64,000 nucleotides of DNA from Chrysomallon squamiferum (lineage: Eukaryota; Animalia; Mollusca). Shown piece by piece: positions 15,043 through 25,300 of this stretch. The position numbers and the translations under genes are program-made. The DNA is taken from contig CM022670.1 of NCBI GenBank assembly GCA_012295275.1, positions 11,222,001 through 11,286,000 on the forward strand, given 5' to 3'. A model generated the notes under the pieces. That model did not search any database and was not told where the DNA came from. It was given only the letters and a program-made list of their open reading frames with translations. Position 1 is the first letter of the stretch. The number at the start of each line of letters is the position of its first letter.

Positions 15043-15550
15043 TAAATTGTACATTTTACTTTACATGTATTTCTTACAATTATACACAGAAACACATATA
15101 ACGAAAAATGATAATAAAATATACAGTGTATGTAAACGTATATGTGCGTGTAACTAAAAAAGTGGGCGTGATACAGTACAAACAAGCCCCCTATTTGACC
15201 GACGAACGCTTATCAGCTGATGACAGAAAAAAAACACTTAGAAGATATTAACAATTAATCGGGTGATAAGTTCTATACATACATACCTAATATCTTCCAA
15301 CAGGTCACATTCCTGTTGATGTTTTGTCTGAAGTTTACTCACTTGTTCTGTATGAATATTTTTTAAGGCAACAGTTGGTTTTACCTAAAAAGAAAAATAA
15401 TAAATTTTAATATGTAATACTAATAATATTAATAATAATAATATAACTTGTCGAAACATTTTAATTTCTTCCTGTTGAAAGAGATCTACACATCACTGAC
15501 AACGTTGTTTAATTAACACCACATACCTTTCGAGGAGGAGGCTGCTGCAT
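6694..15550 (-). CDS. FCHSD2: F-BAR and double SH3 domains protein (FCHSD1/2, nervous wreck family), 5' part: coding exons 1-3; gene continues beyond the left edge
   Basis: Exons 15527-15550, 15287-15384 and 6694-6739 splice to MQQPPPRKVKPTVALKNIHTEQVSKLQTKHQQECDLLEDIRTFSRQRSILEKDYAQ. This matches the N-terminus I recall for FCHSD2 (MQPPPRKVK...LKNIQVEQMTKLQAKHQAECDLLEDMRTFSQ...EREYAQ) and Drosophila Nwk. All introns are GT-AG and phases are compatible. Confidence 0.93.
6850..6938. repeat. (CT)n microsatellite
   Basis: Uninterrupted TC run of about 88 bp. Confidence 0.95.
8892..8927. repeat. 10-bp tandem repeat (CTGACCAAGA) x3.5
   Basis: ctgaccaagactgaccaagactgaccaagactgacc. Confidence 0.85.
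11563..11608. repeat. (GT)n microsatellite
   Basis: Read directly. Confidence 0.93.
12835..12936. repeat. Imperfect (ATT)n microsatellite
   Basis: Read directly. Confidence 0.9.
15287..15384 (-). CDS. FCHSD2: FCHSD/nwk coding exon 2 (VKPTVALKNIHTEQVSKLQTKHQQECDLLEDIR)
   Basis: 98 nt, ttttag acceptor, gtatgt donor, phase 0 to 2; start of the F-BAR domain. Confidence 0.93.
15527..15550 (-). CDS. FCHSD2: FCHSD/nwk coding exon 1 (MQQPPPRK)
   Basis: ATG CAG CAG CCT CCT CCT CGA AAG followed by gtatgt donor. Confidence 0.92.
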
Positions 15551-15559
15551 GTTGCATGC

Positions 15560-15708
15560 GAAAACATTCCGTAAAATCCGACACTCAACTAAGATTCATG
15601 TTGTGGTATCCGCCATGCAAAAACTAGGCTATTCCGTTTTCCTCCTTCGGGAAAAACCGAACCGAGGGAGGTGACCGGCACTGCAAACGTTTGCGTTTCT
15701 GTTTACAT

Positions 15709-15749
<41 letters not shown>

Positions 15750-15778
15750 CTAGTATTATGCTCAGTCTGTTCACGCGT

Positions 15779-15780
<2 letters not shown>
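15560..15780 (-). promoter_or_regulatory. Putative FCHSD promoter / 5' UTR (local GC- and CpG-rich patch)
   Basis: Many CpGs and higher GC directly upstream of the start codon, against a CpG-poor background; TSS not located. Confidence 0.45.
15596..15616 (-). other. Upstream ORF (MADTTT*) in the putative FCHSD 5' UTR
   Basis: ATG GCG GAT ACC ACA ACA TGA, starting 66 nt upstream of the main ATG; more uATGs nearby. Assumes this stretch is transcribed. Confidence 0.5.
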
Positions 15781-15814
<34 letters not shown>

Positions 15815-15903
15815 TAGTATAAATAAAGAAATATTTCGATTTTTCATTTCTTATTTTCTTTTCCTTCATATTTATTTATTTATCTGTCGATGGTTTTCTG
15901 GGG

Positions 15904-15940
<37 letters not shown>

Positions 15941-16509
15941 ACAAATACAAATAAACACACAGACACAAACATACCACATATACACAAACTCACACGGACA
16001 TCCACAACACACCCACACACGCGCATACACGCAAACAAAAATACGCATATACACATTCAAACATGCAAGCACAGAATCATAAATGTATATATATATATAT
16101 ATACATACATATGCACAGACAATAGAGCTTATCGATTTTTGTTTAACAATTTAATTTTGCTTTATAATATATATATATATATATATTAAATTAATAATAA
16201 AAACAAGTTTTGTCGTGGTTCTTACAGGAGTTAAGGCCCCTTATTTCAGACTTAATTATTGATTCTCGTTAAGATGTTTTCAGATTCATTAGAAACATTT
16301 GTAATATAGAGCAAAAGTAATACATGGATTTATTTTAATAATTTATCAAACTCGTTAATCTTTTGTTATTTAATTTTAGAATTAGAAAATGTTGTGTTCC
16401 TGAATTTAATCAAATAAATAAATAAAAATAGAATTTTAAAATATTAAACTAATTTTTGTTATTTTTTAGTAAACAACATTAATAAATAAATAAATAAAAT
16501 AAATAATAC

Positions 16510-16560
<51 letters not shown>

Positions 16561-18338
16561 GCCCAAATAAAAATTATTAATGAGTGTGAAAAAGTTTCAC
16601 TCTCTCTCTTTACCTTTAGATGATATTTTATCTGATATTTTTCAATTTCTGTCGTATCAAAGTTTCTATAAACAACATAATATTTCCACTTTTCAGTGGA
16701 TTTGTGTGTGGGTGTGTGGGTGTTAATTAGTTTTCCCTTTCAAACGCAAGCTGTGAAATAATTAATATAAAAAATGTAAGTTGCAAACATCCACAAAATG
16801 GTTTACGTTTATCAAATCTGAAATTTCGTGTATTTTTCACATTTTAGACTATATAATAATTTTAAACTTCAAAAATAATTGTCATTTCATTTTGGTGATA
16901 AGGAAAAAAAAAAATTGAATATTAAATAGATTCGAAAACCTAAATAGCTTTCCCTTGCAGCTTTTATCAGAGAATCAACCATTTTAAAGCAAAGTTAGTT
17001 GATATAACATATTGTATAATGGTGTATATTCATTTTATTTATTGTTTTTTTTTTTAGAAGACTAAGTTTTTCACAAACTAGTTGATGACCGAGTCGAGAA
17101 CGTTTGAAATGTAATAAATAAACGTTCGTTTAATTTGGTTCAAAGAGAAATCAGCTTTAACAGCGTTCTCAAGCAGATGTTTACATACGTATATAAGCGT
17201 TACGAGAGAAAACAGAATTACTATCAGACCCTGCATGGTTTGTATAGTACCAGAGCTCTTCCTGTCTGCGTAAAAACACACACTTACCTCATCGCAAGCT
17301 GATCGGAAACATAGAACGTGCACCATTTAGATATATTCCAGTGCGATTCATTCCTTGCTCGTTCGTCTTTGACTTCCCGCTATATCAACAGTTTGTCATA
17401 GTAACGTGTGCACTCAATAATTAATACTCAAATACAAGCTTTAATTGTTTTATTTTTAAGATACGAAAACTTGTATTTATGAGTTGCACAAAAACAAGCC
17501 ACACCTGAGAAAAGGCTGAAAGTTTTATTGTACGCAGTTTGGAACGCGCGAGTTCGGAAGCTGCAGATTTATTTCGCGTAATGGTTAAAACAGTGAGAGG
17601 TATCCATGCAACACACCTTTCTAACACTTGGATTACATTAGCAACAGAAAAGACACTAATTATTCTGTCAGGGGTAAAATGTCTTATGTTTGTACAGAAA
17701 AAAAAAAAAAAAAAAAAAAGAGAAGACAAAAAAAAATTGTTGAAATAAGGTGCCGTTGTGGGGAAAAAAGGAGAAAGAGCTTGTTTTTGTGTAAAGCTCA
17801 TTTGAGACTGTTTTGAAGACGTGCGTATGTAATAAATTTTCCTGAACTTGTATCTTGGGAAAGTACATAAAAAACGACAGAGGCAAGTCATTTGGGAAGG
17901 GAAGCCGATATTAAATTTCAAAACGGTACATGATGAATAATTATAAGAGTCTGTTGAATAGATATATTAAAATAAGAAACAAAAGTAATATATAAGAGGT
18001 TCAAAAGAATATATATATATATATATAAAAAAGGAAGAACATTCTGTTTCAAATTAATTCTTTAAAGATTTAAAATAATTATTTTTTTCTTTTTTTTTTT
18101 AGAATATTCAGAAATAAAACATCAATAATAATACTGAAGAAGTGTTATATGTATATATATATATATATATATATGCGCGAGTGTTTTTATAAATATAGTC
18201 TTTGTTTGGTTTTAATTTTGTTATAACTTTTTTTCTGTGCAAAACAGAATTGATTTGTAAAATAGAAAATAATTATGAGAATTTTAAATATCTTTATTGT
18301 AGAGATTCTTAATTTTCATTATGACCACCGTCATTATA

Positions 18339-18800
18339 CAGGGTGTCCACAAAGTCTGGGTACATGGGGAATTTTACTATGTTTTTTATTTATGTTATTT
18401 TTCTTACCCAGATCGAATGATGGCTCTGTCTAAAGAAGAAAGAATCGAGTTGGTACTCTTAAGTGGACGAGAAGGATGGTCTTATCGCAAAGTTGCAGAA
18501 AAATTCAACCTCAGACACCCTAATACAGGGGTTTTCAAACTTTTTGACTTGCGGACCCCTTTATATTTCAGGCTTTACCTTAGGGACCCCCTTATAAACG
18601 CTTATGAAATTTATAATAACATATATGCTTAAAATAACATATATAAAATCAAACTGCCCATAAAAAGTATTCGCTGTCCACGGACCCCCTGTCTTGTACT
18701 TGCGGACCCCCTGTGGTCCGCGGACCACAGTTTGAAAACCCCTGCCCTAATAGACAACCTGTTTATTTTACTTATGTACCCAGACTTTGTGGACACCCTG
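18339..18800 (+). mobile_element. Non-autonomous Tc1/mariner-superfamily element (internally deleted) with a transposase N-terminal HTH remnant
   Basis: Perfect 27-bp TIRs (CAGGGTGTCCACAAAGTCTGGGTACAT), TA on both sides (18337-18338, 18801-18802). Internal MALSKEERIELVLLSGREGWSYRKVAEKFNLRHPNRQP resembles the DUF4817/HTH N-terminus of Tc1/mariner-like transposases. Confidence 0.9.
18526..18744. mobile_element. 219-bp hAT-superfamily MITE nested inside the Tc1/mariner element
   Basis: Perfect 16-bp TIRs (CAGGGGTTTTCAAACT), 8-bp target-site duplication CCCTAATA (18518-18525, 18745-18752), repeated subterminal GGACCCC motifs. Confidence 0.92.
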
Positions 18801-18880
18801 TAGATACAAACTGGTATACGGTTTTAAGTTCTAGAAATAATTGTTGTAGCTTATTTGCAGTTATAACCCTAATCTCTGAT

Positions 18881-19071
18881 GATAATAATAATAATAATTA
18901 TAATTATTATTATTATTATTAGTAGTAGTAGTAGTAGTAATAGTAGTAGTAGTAGTAGTAATAGTAGTTGTAGTAGTAGTAGTAGTAGTAGTAATAGTAG
19001 TAGTAGTAGTAGTAGTAATAGTAGTTGTAGTAGTAGTAGTAGTAGTAGTAATAGTAGTAGTAGTAGTAGTA
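18881..19071. repeat. Compound (AAT)n/(ATT)n/(AGT)n microsatellite
   Basis: About 150 bp of AGT units with periodic AAT/TGT interruptions; source of the poly-S/T/L ORFs. Confidence 0.93.
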
Positions 19072-21620
19072 CATAAACTGCAGTAAATGCCATATTTATA
19101 ATATGAAGTTTGAATTAGTGCGGTTAAAAATATATTTAACCGGAAAGAAACTTGTTCTCGGCTGCTTTTTCGCGCCAATATATTTTAGTTGGTGACACGA
19201 AACACGATGTTTAGTTAACTTTAGATTAGTTTTTCTTTATAAAATAAAAAATTGATTGAATATAATATTATTGTCATATACGTTTTTGTATATATATATA
19301 TATATATATTATGTAAAATGTTATTCTAAATTCTTTCAGACCTCACATTCATAGACAAAACTATTTATAGGGTTATGTAATGCATCCAAAGTCTGTCGCT
19401 ATTATTTACATGCATAAAAATGTGTAAAAACAGCAGTCGTGGTTTTGTCCGCGAACCCTAAATACGTGTCGCCAACAGAGAATCAGTTGTTGATTAACTA
19501 TTGTTTGTATTCTTCATTTATGGACTTTTTCATATTCTTGGTCTTCTTTGTTGTTCACGTAGCGAATGCATACTTCGATTTCATTATTATTTATTTATTT
19601 ATTTATTCATTTATTTATTATTGTTGTTGTTGTTGTTTTAAGCCTATTATGATGAAAGTATCCAGAGTGCCGAGTTTAAATGTAATTCCCAACTGAGAAC
19701 TACGAAGTCGGTCCATTTTGATGCATTTCTACTAGTTACAGTTGGTTCCTACTTTCGGCGCTAATTATAGCTTTTGTACAGCGAATGTAATGTAGGAAAA
19801 CGGGACGTTATCGATAGTTATTTCTTTTGTCTGAATTTTAAATCTTATTTCAAATGACAGTTAGATTGAACTACTCTTCATTCGATTTCAAAGTGACGTT
19901 TCTACCGTTTCGTTCGATGATTCTCGGCGATTTCGCTCGGGACTTTTTGGATTCGTTTGAGGAATGACATTTACGGTGATTTATGATATGCAATATTATC
20001 ATTAATGTATATATATATATATATATATTTTTTTTTTTTTTCTGAAGGCAGCTCTATAGTTCAGTGAAAACGCGAGTGTTCAAAAACAGTTCTAGCAGGA
20101 TTTCAACACTTAAATACCCAATAACACATTCATTTTTTATTTCCAATTTTAAAATATGTCCCATTGTATCTATGAACTGGACTGTGTTTTCTATAGAAGA
20201 AAATAGATAATTCACAAGTAGTTGCTTATAGGTATGAGAAATGAAATGTAGGATCTCGATTGTCTGATACATAATTATCTGATATAAAGACACTGTAAAA
20301 CAGACTGAATGTGAACAATGTGAGGACAAAAACACAGCACTAACATGTTAAAGACATACTTCAGAAACACCAGAATTTTTATTTATTTATTATTATATTT
20401 TTTTTAATTATTTATTTATTACATTTTTTTTTACCATATTAAGCAGATTACAGTTCAGTTCTCATTACTTGTGGAGAACTGTTAGAAAATAATGAAAACA
20501 AATCTACCAGGACATTGCTGTGTGTATATTACTGTAAGTACAGATATATGTAACAAAGTTCAGGCCATCTCAACTTTGTTGTGTCTGTGTTACTGTAAAT
20601 ACACGATAAACAACAAACAAAATGTTCAGTGTGTAGCATTTTATTTAAATAGATCCAAATATCACAGACTAGTACAAACATCATAGTATTTTTAAATAAT
20701 AAATAGCATTTTATTATTATCAAAACTTTTAAAAACCCAGTAAAATATTTAAAAAAAAAAAAAAAATTAATAATAATGCAAAATAAAAAATAAAATGAAA
20801 ATGAAATATAACATTACAAATAACATTAACCTAAAAGCATAGAGAATAAATCATTTAAAGGATTGATTATCCACACATTCATCTGTCATTTACACACACA
20901 CACACTGGAGTGCACCTACTGGTGATAGATTATAAAACTTCTGTCATCTAGAATAGCAATCCCTAATTAATTTTTTTTTTCGAATTTCTAAACTTTACAA
21001 TTCTCTACAATTACAGAACAGAATATAAAGAAAAAAAAGAAAAGAAAATGAAAAACATATAAAATGAAGAATACATATTTATAAATTTAATTTAATTTTT
21101 GTTGTTTATTATTTAAACTGTGCAATCTACAGTATGCTTATTATTATTAATAATCATGAAGCTGACTGAAATAGTGTTTAAATAAAAAATATCTCTTAAC
21201 TTATTAATGTGTTTGCTACCAGCAAAACAAAAAATAAAAATGAAAATAAAACCCGCACATTTCCCTGTCTTGAAGCACTTGTTCAGTGTCAGTTTTTACA
21301 CATAAACAAACCTTTAACAACCTGAAATGATTAGTCTCAGATTTAAAGTATTTTTTTTTTTTTTTTTTTTTTTTTATTTTTATAATGTTTCAACCTGTAT
21401 AAAAAAACGTATATATAACATCATATACAACAAATATCACAACTCAACAGAAATGAGACAACACAGGTTTAAAATGTATGATCACAAAGCTGAATCTTGG
21501 GCAGTATAAAATAATTAAAGTGATAGTTTAATTTATCACTGCATATTTCTTAGTGAATTACACAAATCAAAATAGAATCCAAAATATTTCATTTGTATTT
21601 TTTAATTTTTTTATTATTAC

Positions 21621-21665
<45 letters not shown>

Positions 21666-21922
21666 TTTGTTGATATAAATTTCATTACAAAAGAAAATAC
21701 CATGCAGAAATCAATTTTTTAAATTCTTTTCTATGTTATTTTTTTCCCCTGTTTTCTTTAATATCAAAGATTCCAATAATTTCACACTGGATTAAAAATA
21801 AATAATGCACCAGATTTTTGTATATATTTTTTTCAGTATCTGCTAAAAGTAATGATGTGTTAGAAAACTTGATTGTCACAAGTGGAATGTACTGTGATGA
21901 ATTCCTGAACTTTCTTGTTTGC

Positions 21923-21992
21923 TCAGTATCTGGAACCTTTGTTTTCTGCCTGCAGCCACGAATCGTCCTGCATGGTCTGGCTAGTAGGCGGC
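21923..21992 (-). CDS. CSPP1: CSPP1 last coding exon (PPTSQTMQDDSWLQAENKGSRY*)
   Basis: 70 nt, tttcag acceptor, TGA at 21923-21925. Confidence 0.85.
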
Positions 21993-22238
21993 CTGAAACC
22001 ATAAACATACATTCAGTACATCTTGCAAGTTAACAAGTTATATATGTGTATATATTATTATTATTATTATATCTTGTTTTTAAGTTGATAAAATTATGGT
22101 TTGTTATATCTGGTATAATATTTATTCAATTCAAGTTGCTTAAAAATAGAATTTAAAATAAAATATCTATTTTAAAAATAAATTGTGAAATTTAAAAAAA
22201 AAAAAATGTTTTTACCTTTATTTTTTTACCTTAATAAA

Positions 22239-22272
<34 letters not shown>

Positions 22273-22275
22273 GTC

Positions 22276-22306
<31 letters not shown>

Positions 22307-25300
22307 TTATATTTTTGTATCCAAAATAAAGAAGAATTTCTTTGGTATGCAGTGCCTATGGTCAAGTTGTATACTAAAACTAACTTGTAAATGAACCAAA
22401 CTGCATTCTATTTAGTAAGTTTATTTGATTTCAGTTTTGAATGATATTTACTGCACAAACAATAATTCAGTCACATTACTTTATACTTTTAATTATATCT
22501 TTATTTTTTTGAGACCTGTAATAATTAAAAGTCTTTGGTCCATTACAACTTGTTTAGTATTATCTGAGTACAAGCCTTGACAAAAAAATTTTGTGACCAG
22601 TGTATGTATGGTTATCTGTCAGTTGTATGTATGTATTTGTATGTATTTGTAATTTTAAAATATAGATTAAACTGCTTGTTTTAATTAACATCTCCAAAAT
22701 CTGTTTTATTATTAACTGCCTAAATTTTGATTTTCCAGTTAAATGGAACATAATAAAATATAACTGTTATTCTGGGAGGGCAAAAAAAAAAAAAAAAAAT
22801 GTATGCTTAGTGTAGGGCCAAAAAAAAAGAAAAAAGATTTGATGACAAGTGAAAACAAGCAATTGTATTTATTAGATAATACTGAAATGAACTACTTAAA
22901 TCTAATAAACAATAAACATGTATAAATATATTCCTTTTTTTTGAACATACTCACAAACACACACACATGATGTGTAAATGCATTAGCATTATGACAAAAA
23001 AAAGTAACAAATAATAATAAAAACAAATAAAAAAGCAAAATACCCCCCAAATTTATTATTTTTATATTAAAGAGCACGACTTGAAACATTAAAGCTTTTA
23101 CTGCAATGATCATGAATATGGTCAGTACTACAGAGTCTAGATCAAGATCTGTCACTACATGAAAATGAGTAAAGCTGTATTCTACAATGTTTGTTAAAAG
23201 TTCTGTACAAGTTACTAGAATTGTTATGAACTGAATTTGAGTTTTCTACTCCTGTGAATGCATTAATCTAAAGATGTTTTTTACTTAATAAGGCAACAGT
23301 TTCTAATAGTTCCTGACTTACTACACTCTCCAATTCAGAGTCGAAATCCATCATATAATCCCTGTTGAAGTTAAAACATCAACAAATTTTATTATTCTAT
23401 TTTTTAAATATCTAAAATATGTGAGACTGTTCAAAATCCATAAAAGTTTTAACTGAAAAGCAATTTAAGAGAGTAAAAAGTTCTTTTTTTTAAATAAAAC
23501 GTTCTGTTCAAAAACATCTGAAATAAGAATAATGATAGTATGAAATTAAATGTCAGTGATAAAATGTAACGCCTGTATCTGATGTTAAAAGAATGAAAAT
23601 TTAATTTCATCCCCTTCAAAAATATCTGAAATAAGAATAACAATAATATGAAAAATATTTGTGAAATTATATAATGCCTACCAGTGATATTAGTGAAAAG
23701 ACATGATGACATCAAATTAAAGTCTCAGGCTTTGATATTTCTGTTGTGGTAAGAGATTAAATAACGACACACAATAAGTAACTACATTTTATTAGAAATT
23801 AAGTAAGTTCGGGCTGTGTTTATAAACTTACCTGTTGTGTGTCTGCTTCTTCAGGAAATGGTCAATAAGATCATCTGGATCATTCATTGAAACATCATCT
23901 CCTGAAACAACAGGATTTAAAAATAATGTTTCTCAGCTGAGTGGATAAAACTAAAATTTAAAAACTGTTTGTTTTGATTTATTATTATTATTTTTTTCAA
24001 GATATTTACCTGCTGTTGATTTTGTTTTAGAATGAAAATCCTCTTTCAAGTACCTGTGACTGTGACTTTTATCATCTAATCATGGTTTTTAAAAATGTGG
24101 ATAGTTCAAAATAATTCACACACACAAACACAAAATCATTGCTTGTAATTTCCTGTGACACTGTGAATACCTTGTAAATCTTTAAGGTTTTTCAGTCGTT
24201 TTTCATTTCGTTTAGCAATCTGGTCGACATCCAGACTGGACACTGAGCCGAACGCATCGTTGTAGTTGTGACTTGGACTGTGGTTAGCTGCACGCCGCCT
24301 GCGTGCACGTGCTGAGTCGTTTCGTTGTGGCAGGTCTTCGAGATCTTCCGGGAAAACTGGGCCCAGTCCATCCATATCTAAAAAGATAAATTATTAGTCT
24401 CATCCATTTCAGAATTTAATTAATTGTATCTGAACAAACCATCCTAATTCTGTATCTGGTTAAAAAAATCCTAATTCTGAAAAAAATGATTATTGAGGCA
24501 TCTCATAAAATTAAATGTTTCTCTTTTGTTTCTCATCGAATTATCCAGCAACAGAACAACAAAAAAGTGAAATTATTCTCTAAACTTCTACAGGTCAATA
24601 TATCATCTGACATATTATACCATATTAAAGAACAAACAGACATCTACATAAAAAAATTACAAATTTCTTTCAACTTTTCTCTTCAATCAGACTTTCAAAG
24701 TGCCAATTTCAGTTAAGCTGTTAGAAAACTGGTTACATTACAGCTGAGTGCACGATATTACTTTACCTGAAACTAGTTGTAAAAATATATGTGGCAAGTG
24801 ATATATCAAGCAGTGAAATACTTTTGTATTGACTTGCAGTGAGTGTTGATACAAAATAGCAAATAATATATATATAAAATAAACAATTAACAAGAATGTT
24901 ATAAGAAAATGGTTACCTCGGTTCTTTTACAGAAACACTGATCCATGGATATTCACTTATTCATTCATTATTCATTTTAGTTTCCATTACAAATTTGTGA
25001 CTGTCACATTTGTCTATGTGAAACTAGTTTTGTGTTAAGACAAGCCAGAGACTAACCTATAAAGGCACTATTGGACTTTAGCATAGACTGAGCACTGTCA
25101 GATCCTGGTCGCCCTCTTCCCATGGAGTGATCATAGGCGCCTGTCGTACAAGAAAAGAATTGCTGTGAAGTCATCTACATAAATACAGAGACTGGTGAAG
25201 CAGGACAGTGTGCTTTTCAAAGACTGATGAAACATAAACATGTGTTTTAAAGACTAGTAAGGCATGACAGTGTATATTTCAAAGTCTTTGAAACAGTGTG

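Noticed and set aside
17421-17921. Longest ORF in the track (166 aa)
   Set aside because: Non-ATG start, crosses a poly-A run, no recognisable domain or splice context.
20380-21620. Several AATAAA hexamers on the minus strand downstream of the CSPP1 stop
   Set aside because: Too frequent in this AT-rich DNA to single out the real poly(A) signal.
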